A DNA stretch of 57,586 nucleotides, filler included, from Basidioascus undulatus (taxonomy: Eukaryota), in NCBI GenBank assembly GCA_000826855.1. It is 4 parts of 4 records of this genome, joined end to end, with 100 filler letters (N's around TTAATTAATTAA, not from the genome) between each part and the next. Parts side by side here need not be neighbours in the genome. Positions count along the whole stretch, not along the records: positions 1 to 29,486 come from JTLS01000127.1; 3 more parts are not named here. One strand, 5' to 3'. Of the stretch, positions 10,181-23,197 are shown piece by piece. The notes under the pieces were generated by a model. It was not told where the DNA came from. It made no database searches and saw only the letters and a list, made by a program, of their open reading frames with translations. Position 1 is the first letter of the stretch, and each line of letters opens with the position of its first letter. The position numbers and the translations under genes were made by a program.

Positions 10181-12642
10181 ATGTCGCAAACCGCGTATTC
10201 ACTTACGGGCGCTTTATTGACGGTCCTCGTCGTGCTAGTATCGCTCCTTGGGCAAACAGTGAGCTTCTCGGCATCTTTCCCAATCACGTCTTGGATCCTA
10301 GACTGAGGAGCCTGAGACGGTCACAGAGGAAACGTAAAGACCTACCTCCTGGGCCACCTCCGCGCCTGTTTTTTGGGAACCGGAATGACGTGCCCAGGGT
10401 GAAACCATGGCGGTATTTCCGTGAGCTTGCTGTCCCCAACGCCTTGGACGACAGTTGCTGAAATGCGACAATGCAACCAGGCGACCTCAAACTCAAGTAC
10501 GGTACGTACAGACCGTTTTTGCTGTATAGTCAGAAACATAAGCTCAGCCTTCTTCCCACTCGAAGGTAACATCGTGTACCTCCAGAAGGGCAAGACGCCC
10601 ACCATCGTGCTCGGTTCGGGAAAGGCTGCCTGGGACCTGCTCGAAAAGCGGTCCGTCAATTTGACCGCTGTAATCCGCTAATTACTCAAAGCTGAAATTG
10701 AGTCGACGTACAGATCAAACATCTATTCCTCTCGCCCACGGTTCATCATGGGCCAGGAACTGCTCTCCAACAATCTACGCGGCTTGATGGCGCCCTACGG
10801 GCCGTTCTGGCGCCGCTGGCGGAAGGTCCTGCACGGTAGTTTTATGCAGAAAGCATCCGGTAAAGATGTTTCACTTCTATAAACGAAATGTTTTGCTGAC
10901 CTGTTGACCGTGCAGAGGCGTATCGCCCGATACAGTCTGCCGAATCGAAACGAAACAGCTGTTGGTTGACCTGGTGGAGAGACCGGAAGACTTCCGGGTA
11001 CACCTGGAGCGGTGCGCCAATGTTTTCCCAGTCCTGTTTTCAAAATTTCTAAAGCATCATCGCTAGGTATGCTGCATCAGTAATTGTCTCGGTAACCTAC
11101 GGGCGGCGCGTTCTGGATGTGAAAATCGATCGCGTCGTCCGCGAGAACGACGAAGCTATGTCCTTTCTGACGAGCATCAAGTTAATAATTTCCTCCATAT
11201 TTACAATCTTCCAGGTCGAGCTTTAAATCGAACTGTCTTCTCGCTTGCAGCATCCCCGGGAAGTTCGCCGTGGAGTCCTTCCCGTTCTTGCTCCACCTGC
11301 CGGTCTCGTTGGCACCGTGGAAGCAGGCCGCCCTCGCTCGGCGTCAACGTGACATCGCGTTGTACACTCAGCTCCTGGCGGAGGTTAAACAGAAAATGGC
11401 GGGTGGCACAGCTCCCGTCAGCTTTGCCAAAGGGCTGTTGGAGCAGCAGGAGAAGCTGGACATGACAGAGTTGGAGATCGCGTACACTTGCGGTACACCC
11501 TGTACGTCTCTTTTCCTGAATTTACAAGGCATTGCTCATGGACGCTCTGCGTACAGTCGGTGCGGGCGTCGAGACAATGAGACAATCGCACACCTGGCAG
11601 CATCTCTGGCGATTTCACTCACCCCCGTAGTGTCGCAGACCGCCGGGACACTTACATCGTTTTTTCCTTGCTTGCGCCGAGTTCGGTCCTTCTTTCATAC
11701 CTGAGGCCCAGGTGCGCTTTTCTCGCGTCCTCGCGACTCATAGTTCCCTACCCACCCGTTTCGGCAGAGAGAGTTGGACAGAATCGTCAGCCCTGACCGG
11801 CTGCCCGCGTTTGAGGACTTCGACGATCTCCCTTACATCCGCGCGGTGATCTCTGAGGTGCTCAGGTGGCGGCCTGTGGCTGTAATGGGTGGGACACCTC
11901 ATGCATCCACTGCCGATGAGTGCGTGCGGGTAACGACGAGAACGAGTACAGCACTGATGCTGGTCCGTTTGCAGTTACTACGAAGGCATGTTCATCCCGA
12001 AGGTACGCAACTAACGCTTCGATAGGTTCAGCCTGAGCTTAATCTATGTGTGGAACAGGGAAGCACGATCATCGCGAACCTCTGGGCGATTCACCTCAAT
12101 CCCGATGACTTCCCCGACCCCCACAATTTCCTCCCTGAACGGTATTACCCAGCTCTACCTCCCTCATTCGATCTGAAGCTGATATCAGTTTTGGAACAGA
12201 TTCCTCCACAAGCGTGAATACCCTGGTCAATGGGGCCACTCCGCCTTCGGTATGCGTTGTTCTCCTCGTCGGCTGTGAAACCCGTCTCATCGTTGAGCAC
12301 AGGATTCGGACGCCGCATCTGTCCGGGGATGCATCTTGGAAATGCGTCAATCTTCATCAATATTGCACGCATCCTATGGGTGAGCCTCTCATTTCGCGCT
12401 GACTAGCGCGTAGTTTCATGTATTTCAATTCTGACTGCGCTGTCCAGGGTTTCAACGTTGGGAAAGCCCGAGACGCTACGACGGTCGTCGAGCTTCCTGT
12501 CGACATCTTCGTTTTCACAGATGGATTCAACTCGAGCCCTCTTCCATTCAAATGCCATATCACGCCGAGGGATGAGGAGCGCGTACGGGTCATGCGGAGG
12601 GAGCTGGACGAGGCTAGCGCTCAGCTCGAGAAATACGAGTAG
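10181..12642 (+). pseudogene. Cytochrome P450 (CYP64-clan-like), probably inactivated
   Basis: N-terminal TM helix, LPPGP hinge, WRRWRK, I-helix FGAGVET, EVLR (ExxR), FLPERY and heme motif FGFGRRICPG. Lesions: 5-bp duplication CGAAA at 10946-10955, splice donor GT changed to AT at 11577, and an extra T at 11660-11665. Confidence 0.85.
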
Positions 12643-14170
12643 ATCCGAAGGAAGACATGTGAATGCTGTCTTTCGGAAGGGCGCAGAATGAACGCTTTGT
12701 TCTGTCATTGTGACAGCGTACATTCAGTCATGCTTGAGCGCACAGATGTAACCCTTGAAACAGCGTTGTGGAAACCAGTTGCAATGCTGCGGCGGACGGA
12801 AGTTGGCAGTATCGTCCAACCCAGTGCATCAAGACAACCAGCAGACATCATACACCAGCCCTCTCTTATCAACCCGTGCCCCTAAGAATATTTTCATCAA
12901 AATCAAAAGTCGCGGTTGCTTAGCGGGACCGGCTTCCTCCCAGACAGAACGACCTCGGCCGCAGCTCGCCCGGCGAGCAGCACGGGAATAGCCGCCAGCG
13001 CCCCTGCCGTGAACGGCATTATGCCGTCCCTTCTGTAAAACCATCGACCACGTCCAGCACCGTGACGGCCCTAGAAGAGTCAGGCCTTCTGACGGAGAAG
13101 TGCTGTGTCTCGTGTACCCAGTCCCTGGAAAAGACGAGGAGGAGGTCGGTCGGAGGGGAAGTCGCGACTGAGAGGGGTGCTCGACAAGGAGCCCTTCAGC
13201 CTGGCCGGGGCGTGCGCGGCGGCTGTGGATCTTGTCCGTACGCAATCCCATTTCAGAGGCCGATATATGCTGAAATGCGGGATGGAAGTCGAGGAGGACT
13301 TGTTGGCGGCTGACGGCGTCCTCGTCCAGAACGACGGGGAGGGCACGCCAGCGGCAGTCTGGGCGAGTAAATCGTTTGCACAAGTAAGAATACGGGGCCG
13401 TACGGCACGGGCATCTGGATCGGTGGGAATGAACCTGCTCCAGTCTGTTCTTGTCCTCGTCACAGAGGCTGCAGCCGCTCAAGTGCTGCGCGAGCTTGGC
13501 GGCGAGTCCGGCGGGGCTCTTCCAAGGACCCGCGTACCCCGGCGGCAGGCGCGCGAGGTCTAAGGGCTAAACGTGAGTCGCGAGGCGGGGGGCGTGGAGG
13601 AGGCGGAAGGGGGAGCTGTTATTCAGAGAAAGAAACAAAAACAAACTTACAAGGATATTGAACCCAACGGCGGGTCTGTGCAGTGGCGTTGTGGACACGC
13701 ATCGGATGTCAGCCGCGTATTACGGACAATGTGTCCATCGGCTGCGACTGCGATTCACTTCCTTAGCTGCGGAAAACTTTGCTTGAACTGAACTGCCCGG
13801 AGGGGTAAGGTTCTTGTGCTGTGCGGTGAAAGCAGTCGGTTTCGTCGGTGATATAGACCACTACTGCACCTCCAGAGAAACTAGTTGCTTGACAGTGGTC
13901 TGGAAGCGGCAAAGCTCATTTATTATCAGTAATTTCAGCTGACCAGCGGACCAAATACTTACATTTGGTTCACTCCTTCACCGCTCTTAGACTCTAGAGT
14001 CAGAAAACATCGAAAGACAATCACGAGAATGAACGCACGCGCTTTCGGTGATGCACATTTCATAGCCTGCTCCGCGGCCGCTACGTGGACCCTCGCATGC
14101 CTCGCAGCCTGGCTTCTCGCTATCCCGCCTTCACACTTGACCGCCGCGCACATCGTGCTCTCCACCTCCA

Positions 14171-15568
14171 ATGACGTCCCGGAACCCGCACGCGCGCTCC
14201 CCTCCCCCCGGCGCGCCGATCCTGCAGCACCCAGTGCCGCAGCATGCGTTCAAGCCGCCGCCCACGCCCGACTCCTTCGCGGCGCGGACCAGCCTCGACT
14301 CCAACCCGGGCGACTATCAGCGCTTCTCCTCCAGCTCATCCCCATACGACCAGTACGCGCCCGGGACCTCTGCGTATGGCATGAGCCCCCCGCGCGGCGC
14401 CGCTGCGCAGCCGTACGCGCCACCGCCGCCTCAGCAGCGCCTGGGCGGCGCGTACGCGCCTCAGCAGCCCGCTTTCGGAGGGTGGAATGTCAATGAGGGG
14501 ACGACGCAGATGGGCATCCAGTTTGGAAAGTCGGCTGTTGCGGCGGGGCATGACTATGTGGAGAAGAACGTGCGTCCCTCTTGCCTTCGGAGTGCTCATC
14601 GTTCCTGACGGGCGGCTCACGCGACGGCACAGTTCACCCGGCATCTTCCTCTTCCTGCTTTGAAAGCGCTGTTCAACGTCAGCACCAACTACGTCGGACA
14701 CAAGCTCCGCATTCTTCTCTTCCCTTGGCGGCACCGGCCTTGGCTTCGACAACGGCAGGAGGGCACCGGCTGGCTGAGCCCGCGTGAAGACGTCAACAGC
14801 CCCGATCTTTACATCCCTGGTGAGTCCAGCAGGCGCAGGGTGGCAAGGGACGGACGTGGTGGTTCATTTTCTTTTGTACAGTCATGGCTCTCGTCACCTA
14901 TATTATTCTCGTCGGCGTCTACGCCGGCTTGCAAAACAAATTCCACCCCGAAGTCCTCGGTCTGACGGCCTCCAAGGCCCTCGCCATCATGCTGATCGAG
15001 TTTATGTTTATTCGGTGAGCCTTCACTTTAGTTGGCTGCTGAGGGCTTTGAGAGCTCACGCTGTGCACCTATTCACAGACTCGGCTGCTACCTTCTGGGC
15101 GTGGAGACGTCCGGCGGCGGCGAAGGGTGGGTGCACGGCATCGGCGGGAGTGTCGAGCTCGTCGCATATGGCGGTTACAAGTTTGTCAGGTACGCCCTTT
15201 TACTCTCCTGCATTCTTTCAGGTGCTAACCTCTGATATCGCGCCAGCGTCCTCCCACCTCTCCTCATCTCCCTCCTCCTGCCCGGGCGCCGGTCGCTCTT
15301 CTACCCGACCTTCATCTACTGTCTCTTCGCGCAAGGTTTCTTCCTCGTGTGTCCGCTCTTCCTCTCCCTCCTATACCGCACGCAAGTGCTGACACCAAGA
15401 CACGCCCAGCTCCGCTCACTCAAATACGTTGTCCTCCCAGACGCGTCCTCCGCGTCGGCCTCGACGGGCGCGAGCGTGGGGCACGCCGAGCGCGGGCGGC
15501 GCATCCAGTTCCTCTTCCTTGTCGCTTGCTTCCAGGTGCTGTGGATGGGCTGGCTTGCGTGGATTTGA
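14171..15568 (+). CDS. YIF1: ER-Golgi transport membrane protein Yif1/Hrf1
   Basis: QMGIQFGKSAVAAG, FNVSTNYVGHKLRILLFPW, PREDVNSPDLYIP, KFHPEVLG, VAYGGYKFV and LRSLKYVVLP. Confidence 0.92.
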
Positions 15569-16471
15569 TCGACTGCACCTGGTCGGGCGGCGGAAATGAG
15601 GGAAGGGGAAAGGGGAGGTGGGGAATACCCACAGGGCGTGGGGAGCTAATTGATTTGGCCAATTTCGCATTGGATCGCATACTTTCACACCTTTCGAGGG
15701 CTTGCGTGCAATCGATGCGGGCTCAACGTTATCACAGCGTAAGAGGGAACGAGCAACGGCAGCACGCGTCCCACTTTCGATCATGGACACTCCGTGATTC
15801 GTCTAACGATCGATATCCAGCCAGAACATCGATACGCGAACTGATGTGATTGCGGTTAAACTCGACTGGGTGAACAAGGGACAGCGGCCAGGAGTCGAAT
15901 AGCAAGTGGGGGCTGCTTGACTTGGCGAAGCTGGCATTGCAGCGCGACTGGGCCCCGCATTCTCGCCCACTTTCTTTATCTCGCTGATTCGCTGATCGAT
16001 GAAACGCTCCGGCATCACCCGTGGGGAATCTTGTACTTTCCGGGGGGCTCCGCGGCTCGTACGCGAAGTTGAGGATCTGCCACCGATAAGCTCGGGCGGT
16101 CGTAGCGATAGTCGCAGGCTTAGGATTGAATAGCCGCTGATAGGCCTTTCGCCAGCGGGCAGGATGCCCCTGAGCAATCCAAAGCAGTCTTTGGGCACAG
16201 CGTCGAGGGAAAGATAATGGAGGATTACCTCATAGCCCCCTTCGAGAAGGTTGGCTGCCAGGCTTCGTCTGAAACGGATAGGAGCTTTGCGGAAGACTGT
16301 GTTCGTTTCGCACAGATTCGCATTGACGTTATTATCACATGCCGCTGCGTCCGCTCTTTCCTTCAAAAGGCTGCGTTCTTCACGGTCACCAACGTCGAGC
16401 AACGACTCTATACGAGCATTACCCAGACATCTCACGAGCAACACACATCTTTGTACGATCCCGCCGCCAGC

Positions 16472-17084
16472 ATGTCCGCGACGACCCTCGCTGTCTCTTC
16501 CCTCGGGAATCTCGCGCCCGACATTGCCCCCATTCCCTCGACATCCATGGTCCAGCTCGCGGGCGACAAGGTCCTCACCAACATCGAGAGGGAGATCGAC
16601 AGGCTCAAGAACGTCGCCGAGAACCTCCAACAATGCAGCCTTGATCGCGCCCGCCCAGCCCCCGCATCGAGGTGTTCGGACTTGCTCGTCCAAGCCCTCG
16701 GGTGAGTGCTGCCCTCTCTTTCTCTTCTGTCTCCGGCTAGCGTACTGATGACATTGCAGGCCTCTCACCAGACTCTCAACAATGGCCTCCGAGCTCGAGA
16801 TGGTCGACAGTCACACGGCCTCGCTCGAGGCGCGCCTGCGCAAGCTGCGCGAGTCCGAGCAGCGCCGGCGGTGGTGGGGGGTGGACGCGGCGCAGGTGTG
16901 CGAGGACCGGGCGCGGCTCGAGGCGCTCCAGCGGGGGGACCTCGACAAGGTGCGGGAGTTTGGGGGCGACGAAAGCAAGCTTGGTGGGGAGGTCGCACGG
17001 CTTGAGGGGGATGCGAGGGAGGCGCTGAGGGGGTGGGAGAGGGAGAAGCAGAGGGAGGGCAAGATGGGGGAGGCGAGACTGTAG
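16472..17084 (+). CDS. Hypothetical coiled-coil protein (2 exons)
   Basis: ATG at 16472. Intron 16702-16759 (GTGAGT..ACTGAT..CAG) joins two GC3-rich ORFs in frame. Heptad-like charged sequence. Confidence 0.55.
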
Positions 17085-19004
17085 GGGTCTATGGGCGCTC
17101 TTTGCATTTACTATACCACACTCTATTATTCACCCTTACCCTACTCAAGGAGAGCACGAGCGAACAAGTGTGTGCGGAGGTTGATGGCTTGCCATGCGCT
17201 GGTGCGCTTTCAATGTAGGAAACGTTATCAGAGGGAATCGTCGATGCAGTCCAACTTGGTTCGGTAGAATAGCTGGGTGTTTTTGGGCTCCTCGAGTGTG
17301 GGTCACAGCAAATGCCGGGCGCAGCAAGCTCATGATCTCGTCGTGTACGCGTTGCAGCGGCGCTGTGCTACAGGTTCAGCAGTTGTCTTCCGTGCGTCGC
17401 CGGCCTAGCCTGTGAGGTCACGGCTGAAGAATTTCTGACAATTTTGATGGATCGGGATACCGTGAGCAACTGGTCAGTACCTACTTCTCTCGCGAGACCG
17501 CGAGGACAAGTTGTCGAAGGAAAGACGTTAACCGTCGGCAAAGGTGGGGGGGACCTTCAACCAGCCTATCAAACGAATTGAAACAGGCCAATTTTTGTCA
17601 AGTCTTTCTATCTGACAAGCACGATATAGCCGTCTACAATCCGGCAGGCCCGTGGTCTCGTCCGGATACTGGCATGCGAGTTGGGGTTGCGTTTCTTCCT
17701 GACTGCTCCTGACAGCGTTCGTCGGTACCCGCAGTTTATGTCCACGGGAAAAGCATGCTTCTCAATCTAATTATGATCTTCAACGGTCTCTCGGCCGAGA
17801 TTAATGCCCTTTCATGTGTCTGGATGGAAGTTCGAGAGGACGCTGATCCGGCCGCGGGTTTTGGCCACAGACTCCTCCTTGTTCATTTTGTTGTCCTGTG
17901 TTTTGAAATGAAATTACTTTGTAAAATTAATTTACTTTATGTGTGTCTTACTGAATTTCGAACTGCTTATGTAGAATGTCTCCTCACAGCGATTACGAAC
18001 AGAGGCTGGCGTTGGTTTTGTTGTCCGGGAACCCTCCCTGCGTCTGCTGTCGCTCTCCTGGAGTTCGAACCCTCGCCTACCACTTGGCAGACGTCAGCAT
18101 AAATGCTGAAGGTAATTCTGTGTGCTGTGCATTCTAGCATATGCATGTACCTTTTTAATGTTGCAATGATGAACGAGGAGTCCTCATGAAGTTGGCCATA
18201 GGCCCTTCCTCGTTAATCCTGTTGCGTTGCATTATGAATAAACACGGGTTTCCACCTGGATATCTCATTGAAGTATTAATATTCTGCGGGTGCATTCCCT
18301 CTTCACCGTGATGGCGAACAGAGACTGACGGCTTTGCTTCGGTGTGTGCGAGACCTCTCCTGTTCCTTCTGACTCTCAAGACTCTTGCAAACTCCCCAGT
18401 TGAGGCTCAGACCTCAGCCCCTTTCCACTTGTCAGATGTCAGAAGGAAAGACGAAAGAACAATTTCGACATTCTGCATTTCGGTTTTTGCAGGTGCAGTT
18501 TACAGTGTTGTAACGATGAACGAGCGAAGTCGGTGAAAAAACGGCGCCGCTTGCTGCGCCCGAGACAATTCACCGAGCCGCAGCCGACGATCACGCAGCT
18601 TTTTGCAGCGTTTCAAGCCAAAGCTATGTAACACTTCGATCCTCACAACCATCTTATGTACTTACATTATCTGTCTTCAAGGACAGACTGAAAAGTGTAA
18701 TTCAAGGTCATGCATTGGAAAGCGTAGTATATATAGTATATATACCACGATAGGCGAGGCGAATTCTGCACTTGAAATGGTTGATTCATCTTGTCGTCCA
18801 CCGCCCTCACTGCTGCCATCGTCTGGTCTCAGGGCCGACTTGCACCGGGAACGTGTGTGTGCAGTCTGGAAGACCCTCGTCGGTGAAAGAGGAGACGACG
18901 CGGAGGCGAGAGAAATGTTGAGGAAAGGGTTGGAAAGCTCGGGGAAAAGGAGACAGCTTCCTGAAATAGCAAGTCGAAGAGCCACTAACGTCACCTTTCA
19001 AGCG

Positions 19005-19063
19005 TAGCCCCGGACTTAGCCCCGGACTCACCTCGGCTGGGAGGCGACTCCGGCGCCGTGGAG
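19005..19063 (+). promoter_or_regulatory. Cluster of SYGGRG (CreA/Mig1-type) and CGG motifs upstream of the sugar porter
   Basis: 12-bp tandem repeat TAGCCCCGGACT x2 (19005-19028), CTCCGG at 19048 and GTGGAG at 19058, about 350 bp before the ATG. Confidence 0.35.
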
Positions 19064-19392
19064 TCCCGACCGATCCTCATCGATCTGCGGCACCTGCATC
19101 TGGTGCCCACGCAAGCTGACATCTGATCGGATGTGCCCCTCGTTCCTGTTGTATCCAGCCGGCGGCAACCACCCACTCACACCCACCTGGGGCCTCGTGC
19201 GTCGAAGGCGGCCCCAAGGTGGAAATGGGCTGTGGCTGCGGCCCCTCTTAAGGAGTCCCATCTGTTCCCCCGACCTCCCCACTTTGCGTTGCATCCTTCT
19301 TCCGGCCGCCTCACCTCTTTACTACCCGGCAACGACTGAAGCATCGCCACTCTTAGTGTTCTTTTTCTTTCACATCGACACATCCCACCACC

Positions 19393-22259
19393 ATGCCTCT
19401 GCCAGGCTTTTTCAGGGAGGGCGTGTTCTCGAAGGCGTACCGCGCGCCGCTGTTCTTCTGCAGCGTCGCCGTGCTCGGTGCCGTGTGAGTATCATGAGCA
19501 AGTATTTACTACTGATCTGAGGCTGATCGAAATATGCAATTCAGACTCTACGGATACGATGGCACCGTGAGTGTGGCTCTTTTCCGCCGAGACGATGGGA
19601 ATCAAGCCGCTGACTGCCCAGATCGTTCCCCCGAACCCCATCCTTCGCTTCCCTTCAAATAGTACTTCACTTCGATCCTAGCAATGGACAAGTTTGACCG
19701 AGATTTTGGCAAGTGGGTTCCTGGAGACGGGAATACACCCGGACAGTGGGAGGTTTCGAGCGAGGACCGGTCTCTGGTACGTCTTCCCCGACGTCGATGC
19801 ACTGCTGGGCGGGGCGCGCGAACTCGCAGGAAACGTGCTGATTGCATTTGTGCCCCCGCAACAGTTTACCTCAATTGTACAGGCGGGCGAGGTCGTTGGT
19901 GCGCTGGCGGCGGGCTCGATTGGGTGCGCATCTTCGGCGAGATCCCAGCTGTGCCTCTTGACTCACCTGACGCTGCGCGGCGCGATTGCCTTTCAGTGAC
20001 TACGGTGGTCGCAAGGGTGGTCTGTTCGCAGCTTGCATGCTCGTAGCAATCGGCGTCGTTCTCCAGATGGTGGTCGCAGGGAACCACCCGTGCGTTTCCT
20101 GATCTTCGACACTCAGACTGTGGCTGAGACGAGCCGACTGCACAGGCTGCTCATCGTCGGCCGTCTTATTCTTGGTGCTGGCGTCGGTGTGATCTCCAAC
20201 GCGGTGCCCCTGTACCTCTCCGAAATCCCGCCCGTTCAGATCCGTGGTGCGGTCGTGTCCAGGTACGCAACAAGTCGCTCAAACAGCTCAGAGCGAGCAG
20301 CGACCACTGACCACGCACTGCCCCCATCAGTTGGCAGCTCATGCTCGCTATCGGTCAAGTGGTAAGCCAACTTATCTCCAATCCCATCCCTTCAAATGAA
20401 GCCAACCGGACCGTCTTGCAGATTGGTGCCTGCGTTGGCCAAGGCAGCAAGGACCTCACGAGCACGGCAGCGTACCGCATTCCCATCGGCATCAGTGCGT
20501 TTCCGTCTAAATTCTTGCGATTGCTAGAGCGCTGCTGATCCTCGGGCTCAGACCTCGTTTTTGTTCTTGCCATTCTTGCCGGCTTATTCTACATTCCGTG
20601 CGTGGCCAGCACTTGTGGGTCTCTGGCGTCACTCCTAATTTATTGTCATATAGGGAATCTCCCCGCTGGCTCGTCTCCAAGAACTGCGACGACAAGGCCG
20701 AAGCCGCTCTTCGCCGCATCCACGCCGGCGAGCCGAACCCCGAAGGTGCAGTCCAGGACCAACTCGCCGCGTTCCTCGAGTCCAAGGAGAGGGAGGCTGC
20801 CAACAGCGGCGAGAAGTCGCGGTGGAGTGACGTGAGTCAACATCTCATTGCATTATTTGAACACTGCGCTGATTTTACCATTTTACAGCTCGCTGTCGGC
20901 ACTACCCGCCGCCGTTTCATCTGCGCTGTCGGCATCTTGATCTGCCAGCAGATTTCCGGTGTGCAGTTCATCTTCTCCTACGCAACGACCTTTTTCAAGG
21001 ATCTGCACATCGCCAATGAGTACGTGCATCCTCTTTCTGATCTAAGAGTGGAGAACTCACCCAGTACCTTCAGATTCATCATCACTATCGTTGTCGACAT
21101 CATTGAGGTCGTCGGTGTGATCGTGTCCTTCTTCCTGGTATGCATTTCATCAGTTGTTTCTGCCCCAACGATTCTGTCCCAACGATTCTCAATCGCGCCT
21201 CTCACCAGGTCAACCGTTTTGGTCGTCGCCCTCTTCTGCTGTACACCGGAGCATTCATGGCTGCGGTTCTCGTTGTCTGCGGCGGCATGGGCGTCTACGA
21301 CGACGCGTACCGGAAGGCGCACCCTGTATACAACAAGGTCGCCGCCGCGATGATGTGAGTTACACCCTCTTTGGTACGGAGAGCAAGACTCTTAACACCC
21401 ACGTCGCAGCATGCTCTATGTCTTTGCATTCAACCTGGCGTGGGGTCCTCTCGTAAGTATTGGGCTTTCAGCTTCCCTTCTGCTGCGTGCTGCAAGGGAC
21501 AAGCCTGATGCCTCCGTTTCGCTCGCAGGCCTGGGTCGTTGTGAGTGCTTGGTTTGCAGCCGTCATTACTTAACCAGGCTGACATAGGATTATAAAGGCT
21601 ACTGAGCTTTCCACTGGGCGTAACCGCCAGAAGATCATGAGTGTTGGCACTGCTTGCTTCTGGACTATGGCGTAAGTCGCTGTTTGTCGTATTCTCTTCT
21701 CCACGTCGGAACCATGCTGACCCTACCAAACAGGTTCGTCGTCACCTTTACCCTTCCGTATCTGTTCGACCAAAACAAAGCGGCGTTGGGACCGATGATG
21801 TGCATCTCGAGTTTCGAGTGTTTCATTGCGAGCTATGCTGAAGTTGAACGGTCACCCCAGTGGATTTATCTACGGCGGTCTCGCCGTCTGCACCCTCGTC
21901 TTTGTATACTTCTGCATCCGTAAGTCAGGCACCTTTTGTGCTTCGCGGCGCACCTTCAATTCAGCCCTGATCCCAACACTTTCTTCCCGATATGCAGCCG
22001 AGACCCTTGGCCGGACATTGGAGGAGATTAATTTCATGATGGAGGCGCGGATTCCGACTCGGCAGTGGAAGGACTACGACCTTGCCACGTCCGTTGCTCT
22101 GAAGTATGTTGTTCTCGCTTTACATGTATGAACCCCCATGCTTACGAATGCTTCCCCTTTACCAGCGAGAAACAGAAACATCGGTTCAACTTCGAAGGCG
22201 AGCAGGAGCAGCTCGAGAACGAAGCGAAGGACAAGGTGGCGCACAAGGAGGCTGTCTAA
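19393..22259 (+). CDS. MFS sugar porter (hexose/disaccharide transporter family), many short exons
   Basis: LYGYDG, GRLILGAGVG, PLYLSEIPP..RG, PESPRWL, QQISG, RFGRRPLL, AWGPL and ETLGRTLEEI motifs; TAA at 22257-22259. Confidence 0.93.
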
Positions 22260-22544
22260 GACACTATGTCTGCCTTTCACCCCCATGTAGCATTCCTTTT
22301 TGCATTGTTCCGCATCACTTGTACCAGTAATTACAACCATCGTATCCCAACTCTTGCGCCTGTTCGACTCCGCGCACATTATGACGACTGCAGCTCTGTG
22401 TCTCATCAAGGCCAGAAACGCGAATCATGCCGTCCGCCCTTTATCCTTCCCTATGCCATGGAAAATTTGAGAAATATTTCGGCCGGTGGGTTGAGGAGGA
22501 CGGGAAATACGAGGTCTCAAGCAAGGACAACTGCCTGCGGGGGT

Positions 22545-23040
22545 CTCCCAGGAAACATGCATGCTGATCGCCCGGGCGCACAATAGTTTAACTCAATTGT
22601 TCAGGCGGGTAGAGTCGTCGGTGCGCTTGTGCGGACTCGATTGGGTGCGTGCTTCCAGCGTCTGTGTATATCCGCAGTACGGTCGCTTCTACGTATGTTG
22701 AAGGTCGCGGCAAGAGCGGTTGGCGATGAGCGAATCACTGACCACCCACTGCCCCCATCAGTTCAGAGCTCGTGCCGAAGCTCGTGCTTGCTATCAGTCA
22801 AGTTCCAACTTGCTTTCGACTTCCTTAATTAATATGAAAAGGGCGGGTCGCCTGCGTCGGCCATGGTAGCGAAGACTTCACTAACACGGCAGCGTACCCC
22901 ATGGGGCGTTTTCTCTTTCTTTCTTTTAGCTATATCCTATGCTGATCACCGAAAGTCCAGACAGGCTGAACCCGAAATTTAGCGCAAATGAGAGAAGAAG
23001 GGCCAGTCTTGATGAGGAGGTCGGGCACAAGGAGACTCTG
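22545..23040 (+). pseudogene. Heavily deleted tandem relic of the adjacent sugar porter
   Basis: About 22583-22650 matches 19863-19930; 22736-22803 matches 20305-20361 including intron sequence; 22848-22899 matches 20427-20477; about 23020-23035 resembles the last codons. Confidence 0.75.
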
Positions 23041-23197
23041 TGCTTTTGACTCGCATGCAGCACTATCAGAATTGCTTCGCATCGCCTACACCACCATTGT
23101 TTAGATACCATCAGTATATCGTCTCTTGCGGTCCTGTAACTCTCACGCAACATCGTTACATGGCTCTCGATGCACTCGTTCAGTCCGAAGAAACGAT

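Noticed and set aside
12829..13791. Overlapping ORFs between the P450 and YIF1
   Set aside because: No consistent splice model or motif; possibly a degraded gene, but not supportable.
18055..18080. GTTCGAACC resembling a tRNA T-loop
   Set aside because: The T-stem does not pair, and no acceptor stem or D-arm can be formed.
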